Assembly (NCBI GenBank): GCA_050015935.1
Contig: JBEKAL010000001.1
Location: forward strand, 7,679 to 71,678
DNA: 64,000 nt
Direction: 5' to 3'
Source: Roseiarcus sp.
GTDB lineage: Bacteria; Pseudomonadota; Alphaproteobacteria; Rhizobiales; Beijerinckiaceae
Shown: positions 29,087 through 39,164 of the stretch, one piece after another
Numbering within the stretch: the first letter of the stretch is position 1
Layout: each line of letters begins with the position of its first letter
Notes under the pieces: model-generated
The model's input: only the letters and a program-made list of their open reading frames with translations
Databases searched by the model: none
Told to the model about the DNA's origin: nothing
Translations under genes and position numbers: made by a program

Positions 29087-29497
29087 TCAGGCTGCATGCA
29101 ATTTGCAGGGCGCGGCGTTGGGAAACATTTCCCGCTCTTCGAGTGGAAACAGCGCCCGCAACGCCTTCAGCGCTTCGAAGTGGCGCGAACGGGCGATCTG
29201 GTCCGCGACCGCCTTGAGGCCGGCGATGATCGTGGGGTTCTCGAACGCCTGCAGCGCCGCGTCGATGAGCCTGCGCGACAAGCCGGTTGCCGCCTCTGTG
29301 GCCCTGGGATCCATCAGCATGACCTGAACGGCGAAGTAGATCTGGCGAAGCGGCGTGGTCGCCTGATCCGCCTGCATGACATGGTTCTCCAACAGGAAGG
29401 TGACGTCGTTCAGCAACTCGATCGTGGCCTTCCGGTCGACGCGAATGACGGCGCCGTTGATGTAGAGCTTTTCGCCCGCGTGAAGGGTGATGTTCAT
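29087..29497 (-). CDS. flbT: flagellin synthesis regulator FlbT
   Basis: MNITLHAGEKLYINGAVIRVDRK..IELLNDVTFLLENHVMQ matches the FlbT family. Paired with flaF. Confidence 0.85.
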   Translation of the reverse strand: MNITLHAGEKLYINGAVIRVDRKATIELLNDVTFLLENHVMQADQATTPLRQIYFAVQVMLMDPRATEAATGLSRRLIDAALQAFENPTIIAGLKAVADQIARSRHFEALKALRALFPLEEREMFPNAAPCKLHAA

Positions 29498-29504
29498 GAG
29501 ATTC

Positions 29505-29852
29505 TCACTTCAGGCCGTCACGAATGATCTCGTTGATCTCGATCATGGGGGTCAGGTCGCTGGTTTTGCCGGAGCGCACACGATCGATCTCCTTGTTCAT
29601 CCAGATGCCGATCGAAACGATCCCCGCCCGCAACTGCTCCGGCAATTCGTTGTCCGGGTTTCTCAGGTCGTCGAGAAAGATCGCCCATAAGCGGCGCAGG
29701 TAGAACAGCGCTTCGACGACTTCGCGCGCGCCGGGCCCGCGCGCGCGAGCCGTGCGCAAGAGATCGATGACCCGATCCATCGCCTGGCGTTCGCGCGCGC
29801 GCATCAATTGCGGCGACTCCTCGACGACCTCGTTGTAGGAAAACTCGTACAT
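29505..29852 (-). CDS. flaF: flagellar biosynthesis regulator FlaF
   Basis: RERQAMDRVIDLL...EALFYLRRLWAIFLDDL...LPEQLRAGIVSIGIWM, FlaF family. Confidence 0.85.
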   Translation of the reverse strand: MYEFSYNEVVEESPQLMRARERQAMDRVIDLLRTARARGPGAREVVEALFYLRRLWAIFLDDLRNPDNELPEQLRAGIVSIGIWMNKEIDRVRSGKTSDLTPMIEINEIIRDGLK

Positions 29853-29868
29853 CGGCGATCCCCAAGGG

Positions 29869-30930
29869 TTAGGTGACGGGAAGATATTGCGCGAGGCTCA
29901 GCTTTTGCAGCTGGGCGGTGAGTTCGTAAGCGGTCTGGAGTTGCGTCTGCAGCGTGTTGAGCGTCGTCGCCACAGTGGCGGAATCGACGTTGTCGAGGTT
30001 GCCGATCTGGGTTTGCAGAATCGTCATCTGCGAGGACATGGAATTGTTGGCGTCGGTGACGCGCTGCAGCGACGCGCCGACGCCGGCTTCGGTCGCCGTT
30101 ATCGAGCTCAGCCCTTGCGTGATCAGCGAGGTCGCGGTGGAGGCCACCGCCTGCTGCGCGGCCGAACTCAGTTGCGAGCCGCCGAATTCGCTGAGCATTG
30201 CGTAGCCTTCGGCGAGCTGCTGGAACCCGGGCTGGTTGGCGTTCGTCGAGGTGTCGATGGTTTCGCCCGGCGCAATCTGGTTGCTGGTGTTCGTGCTCGA
30301 TGCCGACGACCAGTTGGTCGTCCACGCGGCGCCGCTGAATTGGGCGGCGAACGGGCCGGTGAGGAAACTCTGCATATCCCCGGCTGAAATGGACGAGGCG
30401 GCCGCGTCGGTCGGCAGGCAGCCGAACGTCGTCTGAAACGCAGTGTCGATCGCGGTCTTGGCGGCCGACGTCGTCGACGAAAAATAGTCGGCCATCGGCG
30501 CGACGCTGGAGTTGAGGCCGCCGAAGACATACTGGCCGTTCGACGTCGTGTTGGTCGCAGCGATCAGCGACTGCAGCGCGTTGACGCCGAGGTTTTGCAA
30601 GGTGTCGCCCGAATTGGCCTGCCCCGAAGTCCACGCCGTCAGGCTCGACGCCGCATTTTGCGCGCCGGTGAGTATCGAATTGAGAGTGTCCTGCGCAGTC
30701 GTCAGATTCGTCGTGACGATGCTGTTGCCGCTGGTCAGCGTCTGCAGGAGATCGTTCTGATTCTTGAGCGACAATTCATAGCCGGACTGGTCGCCCAGTT
30801 GCAGACCGAGATTGGCGTATTGGCCGGTCGAGGACTCGACCTCGAGGTTGGCGAGCGAGGATTGCGTCTGCGCGATCGTAGGCAGCAGCGCGGTCCCCAA
30901 ATAGCTCGTCGAGACGAATGCGGTGGTCAT
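29869..30930 (-). CDS. flgL: flagellar hook-associated protein 3 FlgL
   Basis: Flagellin-like N- and C-terminal helices. Position after flgK. Confidence 0.85.
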   Translation of the reverse strand: MTTAFVSTSYLGTALLPTIAQTQSSLANLEVESSTGQYANLGLQLGDQSGYELSLKNQNDLLQTLTSGNSIVTTNLTTAQDTLNSILTGAQNAASSLTAWTSGQANSGDTLQNLGVNALQSLIAATNTTSNGQYVFGGLNSSVAPMADYFSSTTSAAKTAIDTAFQTTFGCLPTDAAASSISAGDMQSFLTGPFAAQFSGAAWTTNWSSASSTNTSNQIAPGETIDTSTNANQPGFQQLAEGYAMLSEFGGSQLSSAAQQAVASTATSLITQGLSSITATEAGVGASLQRVTDANNSMSSQMTILQTQIGNLDNVDSATVATTLNTLQTQLQTAYELTAQLQKLSLAQYLPVT

Positions 30931-30935
30931 GATCG

Positions 30936-32441
30936 TCAGCCCGAACTCGTCACGGCGAGCAGCGCCGAGAACATGTCGTCGACCGTCGTCAGCAATTTGG
31001 CGGTCGTCGTGTACGAGTTCTCGATGTTCAGCATGTTCGTCATTTCGGTGTCGAGGTTCACCCCGGTCGCGTTGGACAGCGCCGCGGTCGCTTGCGCGAC
31101 CAGCGAATTTTGATAGTCGACGTTATTGCTCGCTTGCTGGTTTTGGCCCTGCAGCCAGCTCACCGAAGCGTTGGCGTAATCGCTGAGGCTGTCGGAGGAG
31201 CCTAGGCCCGCGCTGGGGTCGAACGACTGCGTCGCCGTCGTCGCCGCGATCATCTGTTGGATTCGGCCGGTGTAGCCCGCCGCGCCGGTGGCGTTGTAGC
31301 TGTAGTCGGCGCCGTTGATTCCGCCGTTCTGCAGCAAGCCGACGTCGCCGCCTTGCGAGGGGTCGACGGCCGGGTTGACCTCGATGGAGGCCGCCAGGCC
31401 GGTCACGGCGGTCGCCGCGGGCAGGGCCATCGCGCCCGAATAGGTGAACAACCCCGGCAGCGAAGGCAGGCCCGGATTGGTTGTCGATTGGTCGCTCTCG
31501 CCGAAGGCGTTGATCAGGCCGCCGGCAATTTGATCGAGCTGCGCCTGATATTGCGGCGCGACCGCGTCGCGCAAATTCGCCAGACCTGCGAGCGCGCCGG
31601 ACTGGATCGGCATCGGCGACGACGCGCCGGTGATCGGCACGCCGTCGACGGTCACGGCGGCGCCGGTCGTGCTCGCGGTGTAGGTCGCGGTCGGCGTGAA
31701 GGAGACCGTGCGCGGCGTCACATCAAACAACGTCACGCCGCTGTCGGTGTAAATTGACGTCGAGCCGTCCGGATTGGCGACGGTCGAAATGCCGATTTGT
31801 TGCGAAAGTTGAGTGAGAATCGAATCGCGGCTGTCCTCGGCGCCGCTGACGTTGGCGCCCGTCGCCAGACCGCTGACGATCGTCGCATTGACCTGCGAGA
31901 ACTGATTGAGCAGCGAGTTGATGGTCGAGACGGACGAAGCCATGTCCGAATCGGCCTGCTCGCGCACTTGTTGAACCGTCGCGGAACCGCTGTTGAGCGA
32001 AGAGGCGAGATTGGACGCTGCGGTGACGACAGCCTGGCCGGCCGAAGCGTCGCTGGGCGACGCCTCGTAAGTCGTGAGCGCGTCCTGCAAGTTCGCCAGC
32101 ATCGCCGAGGGCGAGTTGCCGTTCTGCGTCGATCCCGAGGCGGAGGAGCTGGACGCGCTGTCGCTGACCGACTGCGCGAGCCTCGCCAATCCGTTGGCCA
32201 GCGCCTGTTCGCTCGCCGCTTGCGACGTCGACGAATTGACCTGCTCCGACAGCGCGGCGTTGGCCTCGCGCGTGACCGAGGCGACGTCGGAGCCGCCGCA
32301 GGAATTGGTGACGACGTTGGCGATTTCGCGCGAATAGCCCGTCGTGTTGGCGTTCGAGATATTGCTCGAGATGACCGCCGACTGCGCCGCGTTCGAAAGG
32401 AACGCGGAGCTGATGATGTTGTACGCTGCCGACAGGCTCAT
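30936..32441 (-). CDS. flgK: flagellar hook-associated protein 1 FlgK
   Basis: N-terminal SSNISNANTTGYSRE rod/hook family motif, C-terminal EMTNMLNIENSYTTTAKLLTTVDDM. Confidence 0.9.
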   Translation of the reverse strand: MSLSAAYNIISSAFLSNAAQSAVISSNISNANTTGYSREIANVVTNSCGGSDVASVTREANAALSEQVNSSTSQAASEQALANGLARLAQSVSDSASSSSASGSTQNGNSPSAMLANLQDALTTYEASPSDASAGQAVVTAASNLASSLNSGSATVQQVREQADSDMASSVSTINSLLNQFSQVNATIVSGLATGANVSGAEDSRDSILTQLSQQIGISTVANPDGSTSIYTDSGVTLFDVTPRTVSFTPTATYTASTTGAAVTVDGVPITGASSPMPIQSGALAGLANLRDAVAPQYQAQLDQIAGGLINAFGESDQSTTNPGLPSLPGLFTYSGAMALPAATAVTGLAASIEVNPAVDPSQGGDVGLLQNGGINGADYSYNATGAAGYTGRIQQMIAATTATQSFDPSAGLGSSDSLSDYANASVSWLQGQNQQASNNVDYQNSLVAQATAALSNATGVNLDTEMTNMLNIENSYTTTAKLLTTVDDMFSALLAVTSSG

Positions 32442-32471
32442 CGCGCGGCCCTGGAAGGACGGAGAATTGGT

Positions 32472-33767
32472 TTACGACTTCAGATTGTTGAGAATGTCGA
32501 GGAGGTCTGCGCCGGTCTGGAACACTTTGGAATTGGCCTGATAGGCGCTCTGGGCCTCGATCATATCCGTCAGCTCGGTGGCCAGATCGACAGTCGAGTC
32601 TTCGAGGGACGAGGAAACGACGGCGCCGAGACCCCCTGTTCCAGCGGTTCCGTATACGATCGAGCCGGAGTTCTGATTGGCCTGATAGACGTTGCCGTTG
32701 AGAGAGGTAAGACTGTCCGGACTCGCCACGGTGGCCAACGGAATGTCATAGGCGGCGTTGGACGCTCCGTTGCTGTATTGGAAATCGAGCGTGCCATCGG
32801 CGCTGATCGTCACGCCCTCCAAGCTGCTCGGCGCGTTGCCGTTGGTCGTGTTGGTGTTGACGCTGAAGTTCGCCGCCAGTTGGGTCGTCCCGCTGATGTC
32901 GAGGGCCAAGGTTTTGCCGTTCGGAATCGGAATGTTGAAATCCAAATTGGTCGTCCCCTCGCTCGTCGCCATCAGCGCGCCCGTCGTCGAGCTGAAATAC
33001 AGCGTATCCGACTTCAATGGCGTGTTGGGCGGAGTCGTCGTATAGGGGAAGCCGCCGGTCGCCGCGGCGTCGGCGGCGTCGTAAGCGGTGATCTGCCAGG
33101 TGTCGTCGCCCGCATTCGGCCCCGCCGTCGCCACGCCCGTGTTGGTCAGATAGACGTTGATCGTGTGCTCGCCGCCCAGGTCGTCGTAGGCGGTGACCGA
33201 GGTCTCGGCGGTATAGGACGCGTCTTCCGCAGGAGGGTTGGCCGAGGGCAGATCGGCCGCGTTGGTGACCGGGCTCGAGTTCGAGGGGAGATTCACCGAC
33301 AGCACGCCGGCGTCCGTCGCCGTCGGCAAGTCGCCCGCCGCAGTGACATTCACTTTTTGGGTGGGAACCGCATCCGCCTGGCCGTTGCCGGCAATGTTGC
33401 CCATCAGGTAGTAACCGGCCGAATTGACGAGATTGCCCTCCGCGTCGGGCACGAACGAGCCGTTCCTGGTGAGATAGAGCGCGCCGCTCGAGTCGGAGAC
33501 GACGAAGTACCCGCTGCCTTGAATCGCGAGGTCCGTCGTGGTCGAAGTGCCGACGACCGAGCCCTGCAGCGAATTGAGCGCGCGTATGCTCGTCGCGACG
33601 CCGGCGAGGCTGTCGGCGGCACCGCCGGCCTGATCGACGAGCGTCGAAAACTCCGTTTCGACGTTCTTGTAGCCGGTGGTGTCGGCGTTGGAGACGTTCT
33701 GCGAAATGGTCGAAAGCCAGTTCGTGTCCGCCAACATGCCGGAAACGGCCGCGCCCATCAAGCTCAT
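32472..33767 (-). CDS. flgE: flagellar hook protein FlgE
   Basis: ISQNVSNADTTGYK N-terminal motif, C-terminal LEDSTVDLATELTDMIEAQSAYQANSKVFQT. Confidence 0.9.
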   Translation of the reverse strand: MSLMGAAVSGMLADTNWLSTISQNVSNADTTGYKNVETEFSTLVDQAGGAADSLAGVATSIRALNSLQGSVVGTSTTTDLAIQGSGYFVVSDSSGALYLTRNGSFVPDAEGNLVNSAGYYLMGNIAGNGQADAVPTQKVNVTAAGDLPTATDAGVLSVNLPSNSSPVTNAADLPSANPPAEDASYTAETSVTAYDDLGGEHTINVYLTNTGVATAGPNAGDDTWQITAYDAADAAATGGFPYTTTPPNTPLKSDTLYFSSTTGALMATSEGTTNLDFNIPIPNGKTLALDISGTTQLAANFSVNTNTTNGNAPSSLEGVTISADGTLDFQYSNGASNAAYDIPLATVASPDSLTSLNGNVYQANQNSGSIVYGTAGTGGLGAVVSSSLEDSTVDLATELTDMIEAQSAYQANSKVFQTGADLLDILNNLKS

Positions 33768-33846
33768 CGATTGGTCTCCTCGGAATTTCGGCGATCCAAT
33801 AAACGATCGTTCCCTTGCGCGAAGCTGTTGGCGTCGACCGAGGCCG

Positions 33847-34581
33847 TCAATTGATCGATCGCACCAGGCTGCCGATCAGCAGATTCCAGCCGTCGACCAG
33901 CACGAAGAACAAGATCTTCACAGGCAACGAGATGACCGACGGCGGCAACATCATCATGCCCATCGACATCGTCAGCGCGGCGACGATCATGTCGATGACC
34001 AGGAACGGCAAGACAATCAGGAAGCCGATCTCGAATCCCCGACGCAACTCGGAAATCATGAAGGCGGGGATGAGAATCCGCAGGTCGACCGTCGTGCGAT
34101 CCTTGATCTGGAAATTGCCTTTCGACAGATCTTCGAACAGCGCGATATCCTTCTCGCGAACCTGAGCGAGCATGAACTCGCGAAAGGGCTGGGTGATGGC
34201 GCCATAGGCCTCCTGCTGACTGATCGTGTTGTCCATCAGCGGCTTGAGGCCGTTCTGCCATGCCCGGTCGAAGGTGGGCGCCATGACGAAAAACGTCATG
34301 AACAGCGACAGGCTGATCAGCACGAGATTGGCGGGCGTGCTTTGCAAGCCCAATCCCGACCTCAGAAAGGAAAGCGCGACGGTGAATCGGGTGAAGCTGG
34401 TGACCATGATCAGCAGACCGGGCGCGACCGACAGAACGGTCAGGATTGCGACCATCTGAACGATGCGCGCGGTGGCCGACGCGCCCCCGCTCGGGATCAA
34501 CGCGCCGAGATCGACGGTCTGGGCGCCGGCCGCCGAAACGGTCAAGAAAAGCGCGATCGCCGCGACCGTTGCGCGTTTCAT
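33847..34581 (-). CDS. fliP: flagellar export apparatus protein FliP
   Basis: TFFVMAPTF...GFLIVLPFLVIDMIVAALTMSMGMMMLPP. N-terminal signal peptide. Confidence 0.95.
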   Translation of the reverse strand: MKRATVAAIALFLTVSAAGAQTVDLGALIPSGGASATARIVQMVAILTVLSVAPGLLIMVTSFTRFTVALSFLRSGLGLQSTPANLVLISLSLFMTFFVMAPTFDRAWQNGLKPLMDNTISQQEAYGAITQPFREFMLAQVREKDIALFEDLSKGNFQIKDRTTVDLRILIPAFMISELRRGFEIGFLIVLPFLVIDMIVAALTMSMGMMMLPPSVISLPVKILFFVLVDGWNLLIGSLVRSIN

Positions 34582-35105
34582 TGCACCACCAGGGTTCGGA
34601 TGATCAGCTCGCTGACCTTGCCGCCGGAGCGGATCACCGCGCGTTCGTTGAGATCCTGTCTAATGTTTTGCAATCCGATCGGGCCCTCGATTTGCGCCAA
34701 GGTGACGGTGTGCAAATAGGCGAGTTCGTCGCCGGCGATTTCTCCGACCATGACCTCGGGATGGGGAAGAGCCTTGGCGTCGAACACGATCGACGCTTCC
34801 AGGCGAATCCAGGTGTCCCGCGGCGCGCCGAGATTCGTGACGATCGGCGGCATCTCGAACAAGCCGGCGGTTGCGGGCACCCCCGCGCCGGGCGACGATT
34901 CGTTCTTTTGGCTCGACGCCTCCGGCGCCGGCGGGATTGCGAACAGGGCGCCCATCGCCGCGGCGATCACGGTGACGACGAGCGTTGCGGCGATCGTTTG
35001 CTTGGTCGAAGCCGGCGCCGGCGCGGGCGCGGGCGCCGGCGGCGTCGGCGGCGTCGACGCCGCGGCGTCGACTTGGTCGTTTACGGCAACGGGTGCGGTG
35101 GCCAT
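34578..35105 (-). CDS. fliL: flagellar basal-body-associated protein FliL
   Basis: Single TM segment after a Pro/Ala-rich N-terminus. TNLG...WIRLEASIVF...L..R...I FliL-like C-terminal domain. ATGA overlap with fliP. Confidence 0.8.
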   Translation of the reverse strand: MATAPVAVNDQVDAAASTPPTPPAPAPAPAPASTKQTIAATLVVTVIAAAMGALFAIPPAPEASSQKNESSPGAGVPATAGLFEMPPIVTNLGAPRDTWIRLEASIVFDAKALPHPEVMVGEIAGDELAYLHTVTLAQIEGPIGLQNIRQDLNERAVIRSGGKVSELIIRTLVVQ

Positions 35106-35127
35106 CGAGAGAATCGTCCCCGACGTT

Positions 35128-35868
35128 TCAGAACGGCTTCACAAAATCGTAAATTTCCTGGCCCCACGAGGGCTGCTGGACTTCGCTCAATCGGCCTCGC
35201 CCGCCATACGAGATGCGCGCCTCGGCGATGTGATCGTAGGCGACCGTGTTGGCGCGGGAGATGTCCGAGGGCCGCACGATGCCGGCGACGGTGAGCTGGC
35301 GCAATTCGTAGTTCACCCGCACCTCCTGTGAGCCGCTGATGACGAGGTTGCCGTTGGGCAACACTTCGGTGACGACCGCCGCGACCGACACTTGGATTTG
35401 TTCCTGGCGATCGATGTTGCCCTGGCCTTGGGTCGTCGATGTCGAGTTGATGTTCGACGTCAAGTTCGGAGTCGTCGACGACGACGTCGACGAGTTGGAG
35501 CCGGGGGGGGGAGGAGGGGTGAAATTCCAACCGGCGGTGAACGACGTACTCGCCGACTTCGAACGATCCGTCTCGTTGTCGAACGTGGCCTTGTCGTTGA
35601 TCGCGATGACGACGGTGACGATGTCGCCTACCTTGGCGATGCGTTGATCCGTATAGAAATTGATCGGCGTTCCGGCGAAGCGCTGGCCTCGCTTCGGATC
35701 GAGAGCGCTGGCGGTCGCGTCTTCGTTGGCGCGCTCGCTCGCCGCGGTCAGCCCGCTGCCGACCGGCGAAAGATTGGGCATGAGATCGGCGGGTCCCGCG
35801 GCGCAGCCGGCCAGATTCGACGCGAACAGCGCGACAAGAAGAACTCTTCGCCCGGGTCCACGCATCAC
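35128..35868 (-). CDS. flgH: flagellar L-ring lipoprotein FlgH
   Basis: Lipobox LAGCA; ITVVIAINDKA...VLPNGNLVISGSQEVRVN...LTVAGIVRP.DI..NTV....IA.ARISYGG.G. Confidence 0.9.
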   Translation of the reverse strand: MMRGPGRRVLLVALFASNLAGCAAGPADLMPNLSPVGSGLTAASERANEDATASALDPKRGQRFAGTPINFYTDQRIAKVGDIVTVVIAINDKATFDNETDRSKSASTSFTAGWNFTPPPPPGSNSSTSSSTTPNLTSNINSTSTTQGQGNIDRQEQIQVSVAAVVTEVLPNGNLVISGSQEVRVNYELRQLTVAGIVRPSDISRANTVAYDHIAEARISYGGRGRLSEVQQPSWGQEIYDFVKPF

Positions 35869-36386
35869 GACTTCTTTTCGGCGGCGGCCCCGGACATGAT
35901 GCCGGTCAGTTTCCCGGCTCTGCCCGCCTCCATTTCATTGAGGATCGCGCTCGCCGCGCGCGCGTTGAGCTTGCCGAGAATGGAGACGGCCGTCGCGTCG
36001 TCCATTGCCGCCAATTGCGCCGCGGCGGCTTCCGGCTCCATTTTTCCGTAGATCGCCACCACGTCGTCGCTCGCCGAATTCATCAGGGCTTCGCGTTTGC
36101 TCACCCATTCGCGCGCTTCCGCCTCCTTCTTTTCGAGCTCGGCGATGCGCTGTTTGACCTGCCCTTCCAATTCCGTCAGGCGTCTTGCCTGCCACGCGAT
36201 GCGCGCCTCGGCCGCCACCGGGGCGACATTGGCGCAATAGCGCGCGACGCCGCTGTCGGCGCTCTTGTCCGCCGCGCCCGCGTTGGATTTTTGCTTCACG
36301 TCGTTCTGGGCGAGGGCGTGGCCTGCGAAAGCGGCGGCCAGGGTGAACGCGCCGATGGCGAAGAGGCGGTTGGCGGCTGTGGGCAT
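35865..36386 (-). CDS. motE: MotE-like periplasmic flagellar protein (MgtE_N-like helical domain)
   Basis: Signal peptide, coiled region LEGQVKQRIAELEKKEAEAREW, then VAIYGKMEPEAAAAQLAAMDDATAVSILGKLNARAASAILNEM. Located between flgI and flgH. Confidence 0.6.
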   Translation of the reverse strand: MPTAANRLFAIGAFTLAAAFAGHALAQNDVKQKSNAGAADKSADSGVARYCANVAPVAAEARIAWQARRLTELEGQVKQRIAELEKKEAEAREWVSKREALMNSASDDVVAIYGKMEPEAAAAQLAAMDDATAVSILGKLNARAASAILNEMEAGRAGKLTGIMSGAAAEKKS

Positions 36387-36458
36387 GGCGGCGGCGCCGA
36401 CGTGGAGGAACTCGATGCGCGCAACTTGCCGCGCGCGCCTTGCGCCGGGCTGACTCGG

Positions 36459-37556
36459 CTATTGCACGATGAGTTCGGCCTGCAATGCTCCCGCCGTCTT
36501 GATCGCCTGAAGAATGGCGATGATGCCGCTCGGCTTGACCCCGATTCGATTGAGACCGTTCACCAGCGTGCGCAGGCTCGCCCCTTCGACAATCGCCACC
36601 TGGCCGCCTTGCTGCTCGGCGTCGATCTGCGTGCGCGGCGTCACGACGGTCTGTCCTTGCGACCGCGGCGTCGGCTGAGAAACGGTGGGAGTCTCCGAGA
36701 CCCGCACCGAAAGGGTTCCGTGCGTCACCGCGACCGTCGAGATTTGAACGTCCTGACCGATCACCACGGTGCCGGTTCTCGCGTCCAGAACGACGCGCGC
36801 CACGCTGTCCGGCTCGACGGCCAGTTCGCCAATCTCCGCCATAAAGCGCGTGACGCTGACGCCTGGCGGGTGAAACAATTCGACGGTCCGGCCATCCATC
36901 TCGAACGCCGAGCGGCGGCGGAACCGCTGCTGCGAATAAGCGTTGATCGCGTCGACGATCCGCACGGCGGTGTTGTAGTCGGGATTTTTCAATTCCAGGA
37001 TCAGCCGCAGTTCGTCGGGCGGCGCCGGCACGGCTTTGTCGATGATCGCGCCGTTCGAAATCCGTCCGGCCGTCGGCACCCCCTGCGACAGGGTTTCGGC
37101 CTGGCCGGCGGCCTCGAAGCCCGTGACCGACACCGCGCCTTGCGCGCTCGCATAGGCCTCGCCGTCGGTCCCCGACAATTGCGTCAGCAACAAAGTGCCG
37201 CCCATCAGCGAGGGAGCGTCGCCTAGCGCCGATACGGTCACGTCGAGACGGGAACCCACATCCATCCCAGCCGGCAGATCCGCGGTCACGATCACCGCGG
37301 CCACGTTGCGATTTCGCAATGCGCTGCCGCGCACGTTGATGCCCATCCGATCGAGCATCGCCTGAATCGCCTGTTCGGTGAACGGAACGTTGCGCAGAGT
37401 GTCGCCGGTGCCTTGCAGGCCGACCACCAGACCGTAGCCGATGAGCTGATTGTCGCGCGCGCCGCGCAACGACGTGATGTCCTTGATGCGCGCCGCCGCC
37501 AGTCCCTGGCTCGCGAACGCGCAGAGAATCAGCGTGAGGATCAAGCGCTTCATCAC
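36459..37556 (-). CDS. flgI: flagellar P-ring protein FlgI
   Basis: RIKDITSLRGARDNQLIGYGLVVGLQGTGD... ALQAELIVQ. Start at GTG 37556 or ATG 37553. Confidence 0.95.
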   Translation of the reverse strand: MMKRLILTLILCAFASQGLAAARIKDITSLRGARDNQLIGYGLVVGLQGTGDTLRNVPFTEQAIQAMLDRMGINVRGSALRNRNVAAVIVTADLPAGMDVGSRLDVTVSALGDAPSLMGGTLLLTQLSGTDGEAYASAQGAVSVTGFEAAGQAETLSQGVPTAGRISNGAIIDKAVPAPPDELRLILELKNPDYNTAVRIVDAINAYSQQRFRRRSAFEMDGRTVELFHPPGVSVTRFMAEIGELAVEPDSVARVVLDARTGTVVIGQDVQISTVAVTHGTLSVRVSETPTVSQPTPRSQGQTVVTPRTQIDAEQQGGQVAIVEGASLRTLVNGLNRIGVKPSGIIAILQAIKTAGALQAELIVQ

Positions 37557-38017
37557 CCGCCGCTCACGCGCACTGTGCCGTCCGGTTGGACCGCCCCCGA
37601 CACCGTCACGCCACTGTCGCTGTTGCGCACCTTGATGACGTCGCCGGCGGCGCCGTCCTGCAAAGCCGCGCCGACGGTGACGATCGTCAGTCCGCCTTCC
37701 TCGTAAACGAGCTTGACTTCGGCGCCGTTGGCCACGAGGCGCGGATTATCGATCCCGGCGAGCGGAATCGCGGCGCCGGGCAAGAGGGTCCGGCGCGCCA
37801 TCTTGCCGACCAACGCGGATCGCGTTTCGGCGAACGGGCCAACGCCCGTGGCCGTCTCGGCCGGCAGGTCCGCGAGCATGTCGTCGCGGATGATTTCGCC
37901 GGGGTAGATGACGATCCTGGGCGCCGGCAAGGCGGCGTCCTGCGCGAGCGCGCAGAGGTTGGGCGCAAGCCACAATCCCAATGAGGCCAGCAAAGCGGCG
38001 ATCCGGTTCACGCGCAC
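37553..38017 (-). CDS. flgA: flagellar P-ring assembly chaperone FlgA
   Basis: Signal peptide; SAF-like region and C-terminal G..GD.I.V.N..SG..V.G.V...G.V.V. GTG start. Confidence 0.8.
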   Translation of the reverse strand: MRVNRIAALLASLGLWLAPNLCALAQDAALPAPRIVIYPGEIIRDDMLADLPAETATGVGPFAETRSALVGKMARRTLLPGAAIPLAGIDNPRLVANGAEVKLVYEEGGLTIVTVGAALQDGAAGDVIKVRNSDSGVTVSGAVQPDGTVRVSGG

Positions 38018-38029
38018 GAGGCCGTCTCC

Positions 38030-38818
38030 TCAGCTCCTCATATTCGATATCGTTCCTGACATTTGGTCCGCGGCCTGGATCACCTTCGAATTCATTTCAT
38101 AGGCTCGCTGCGCGGCGATCAGGTTGGTGATTTCCGACACCGGGTCGACATTCGAGGCTTCCAGATATCCCTGCTGAAGGACGCCGAACGCCGTATCTCC
38201 GGGAACGCCGACAGTGGGCTGACCCGACGCCGCCGTTTGCTGAAAGAGATTGTCCCCCAGCGCCTGAAGTCCGGCCTCGTTGATGAAATTGGCGATCGTC
38301 AACTGCCCGAGCTGTTGGGGCGACGTCTGTCCGGGAATCGTCGCGGTCACTATCCCCGTCTGGCTCACGGTGATGCTCGTCGCGGTGGGCGGGATCAGAA
38401 TCGGCGGGCTCACGATATAGCCGTCGGCGGTCACCAATTGTCCCGTCGCGTTGGTGTTGAACGCGCCGTCGCGCGTATACACGGTGTCGCCCGCCGTGGT
38501 CGTGACTTGGAACCAACCGCGCCCGTTGATCGCGAGATCGAGCGAGTTCCCGGTGTTGGTGAGCGCGCCTTGGATTTGCAAGCTGCGGATCGCCGCGGTG
38601 CGCACGCCGAGCCCGACTTGCGCGCCTTCGGGCACCGTGGCGTCGCGGCCGCGGGTGCTGACGCCCATCAAGCGTTCGGTCTGATAGATCAGATCGGTGA
38701 ATTCCGCTCGCGAGCGCTTGAATCCGGTGGTGTTGAGGTTGGCGATGTTGTTGGCGATGACCTCGAGATTCTGCTCTTGGGCGTTCATGCCCGTGGCCGC
38801 TATCGCAAGCGCTCTCAT
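38030..38818 (-). CDS. flgG: flagellar distal rod protein FlgG
   Basis: [35 protein letters not shown] ... [30 protein letters not shown]. Start trimmed to ATG 38818. Confidence 0.95.
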   Translation of the reverse strand: MRALAIAATGMNAQEQNLEVIANNIANLNTTGFKRSRAEFTDLIYQTERLMGVSTRGRDATVPEGAQVGLGVRTAAIRSLQIQGALTNTGNSLDLAINGRGWFQVTTTAGDTVYTRDGAFNTNATGQLVTADGYIVSPPILIPPTATSITVSQTGIVTATIPGQTSPQQLGQLTIANFINEAGLQALGDNLFQQTAASGQPTVGVPGDTAFGVLQQGYLEASNVDPVSEITNLIAAQRAYEMNSKVIQAADQMSGTISNMRS

Positions 38819-38846
38819 GCTTCGATCTTTCGGTTGTGCGGACGCC

Positions 38847-39164
38847 TCAGATCGCCATCCGCGAGATTTCCTGATAGGAGGAAACGGCCTTGTCGCGGAT
38901 CGCCAGCGTCGACTGCAGCGTGCGCTGCGCGCCCATGATCGCTTCGACGACCTTGAACGGCGGCAAGGATCCTTGCAGACCCTGAATGGCCGCGGCCTCG
39001 CCGGACTGCAGCGAGCCGATCGCGTCGCTGACGACCTGGCCCAACGCCTGCGTGAAACTCGCGCCGGAACTCGTTGTCGAGGCGGCGCCGGCCGTCCCGC
39101 TGGAAGCGCCGGGTTCGAGTTGCTTGCCGATCGCGCCGAGCGCGGATACGCCTTCAATCGCCAT
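38847..39164 (-). CDS. fliE: flagellar hook-basal body protein FliE
   Basis: 105 aa; [10 protein letters not shown]...[31 protein letters not shown]. Start trimmed to ATG 39164 (gggag RBS). Confidence 0.85.
   Translation of the reverse strand: MAIEGVSALGAIGKQLEPGASSGTAGAASTTSSGASFTQALGQVVSDAIGSLQSGEAAAIQGLQGSLPPFKVVEAIMGAQRTLQSTLAIRDKAVSSYQEISRMAI

Noticed and set aside
31797-33854. 685-aa plus-strand ORF, the longest in this part of the track
   Set aside because: It runs antisense to the clearly recognisable flgK and flgE genes. Its product is an Arg/Gly/Asp-rich low-information sequence typical of shadow frames in high-GC DNA.
38819-39157. 113-codon N-terminal extension of the flgG ORF (and similar extensions of fliE, fliF, flgF, flhA, kdsB and the HIBADH-like gene)
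   Set aside because: Conserved family N-termini begin at internal ATGs that have RBS-like sequences. The extensions overlap upstream genes or are Arg-rich.
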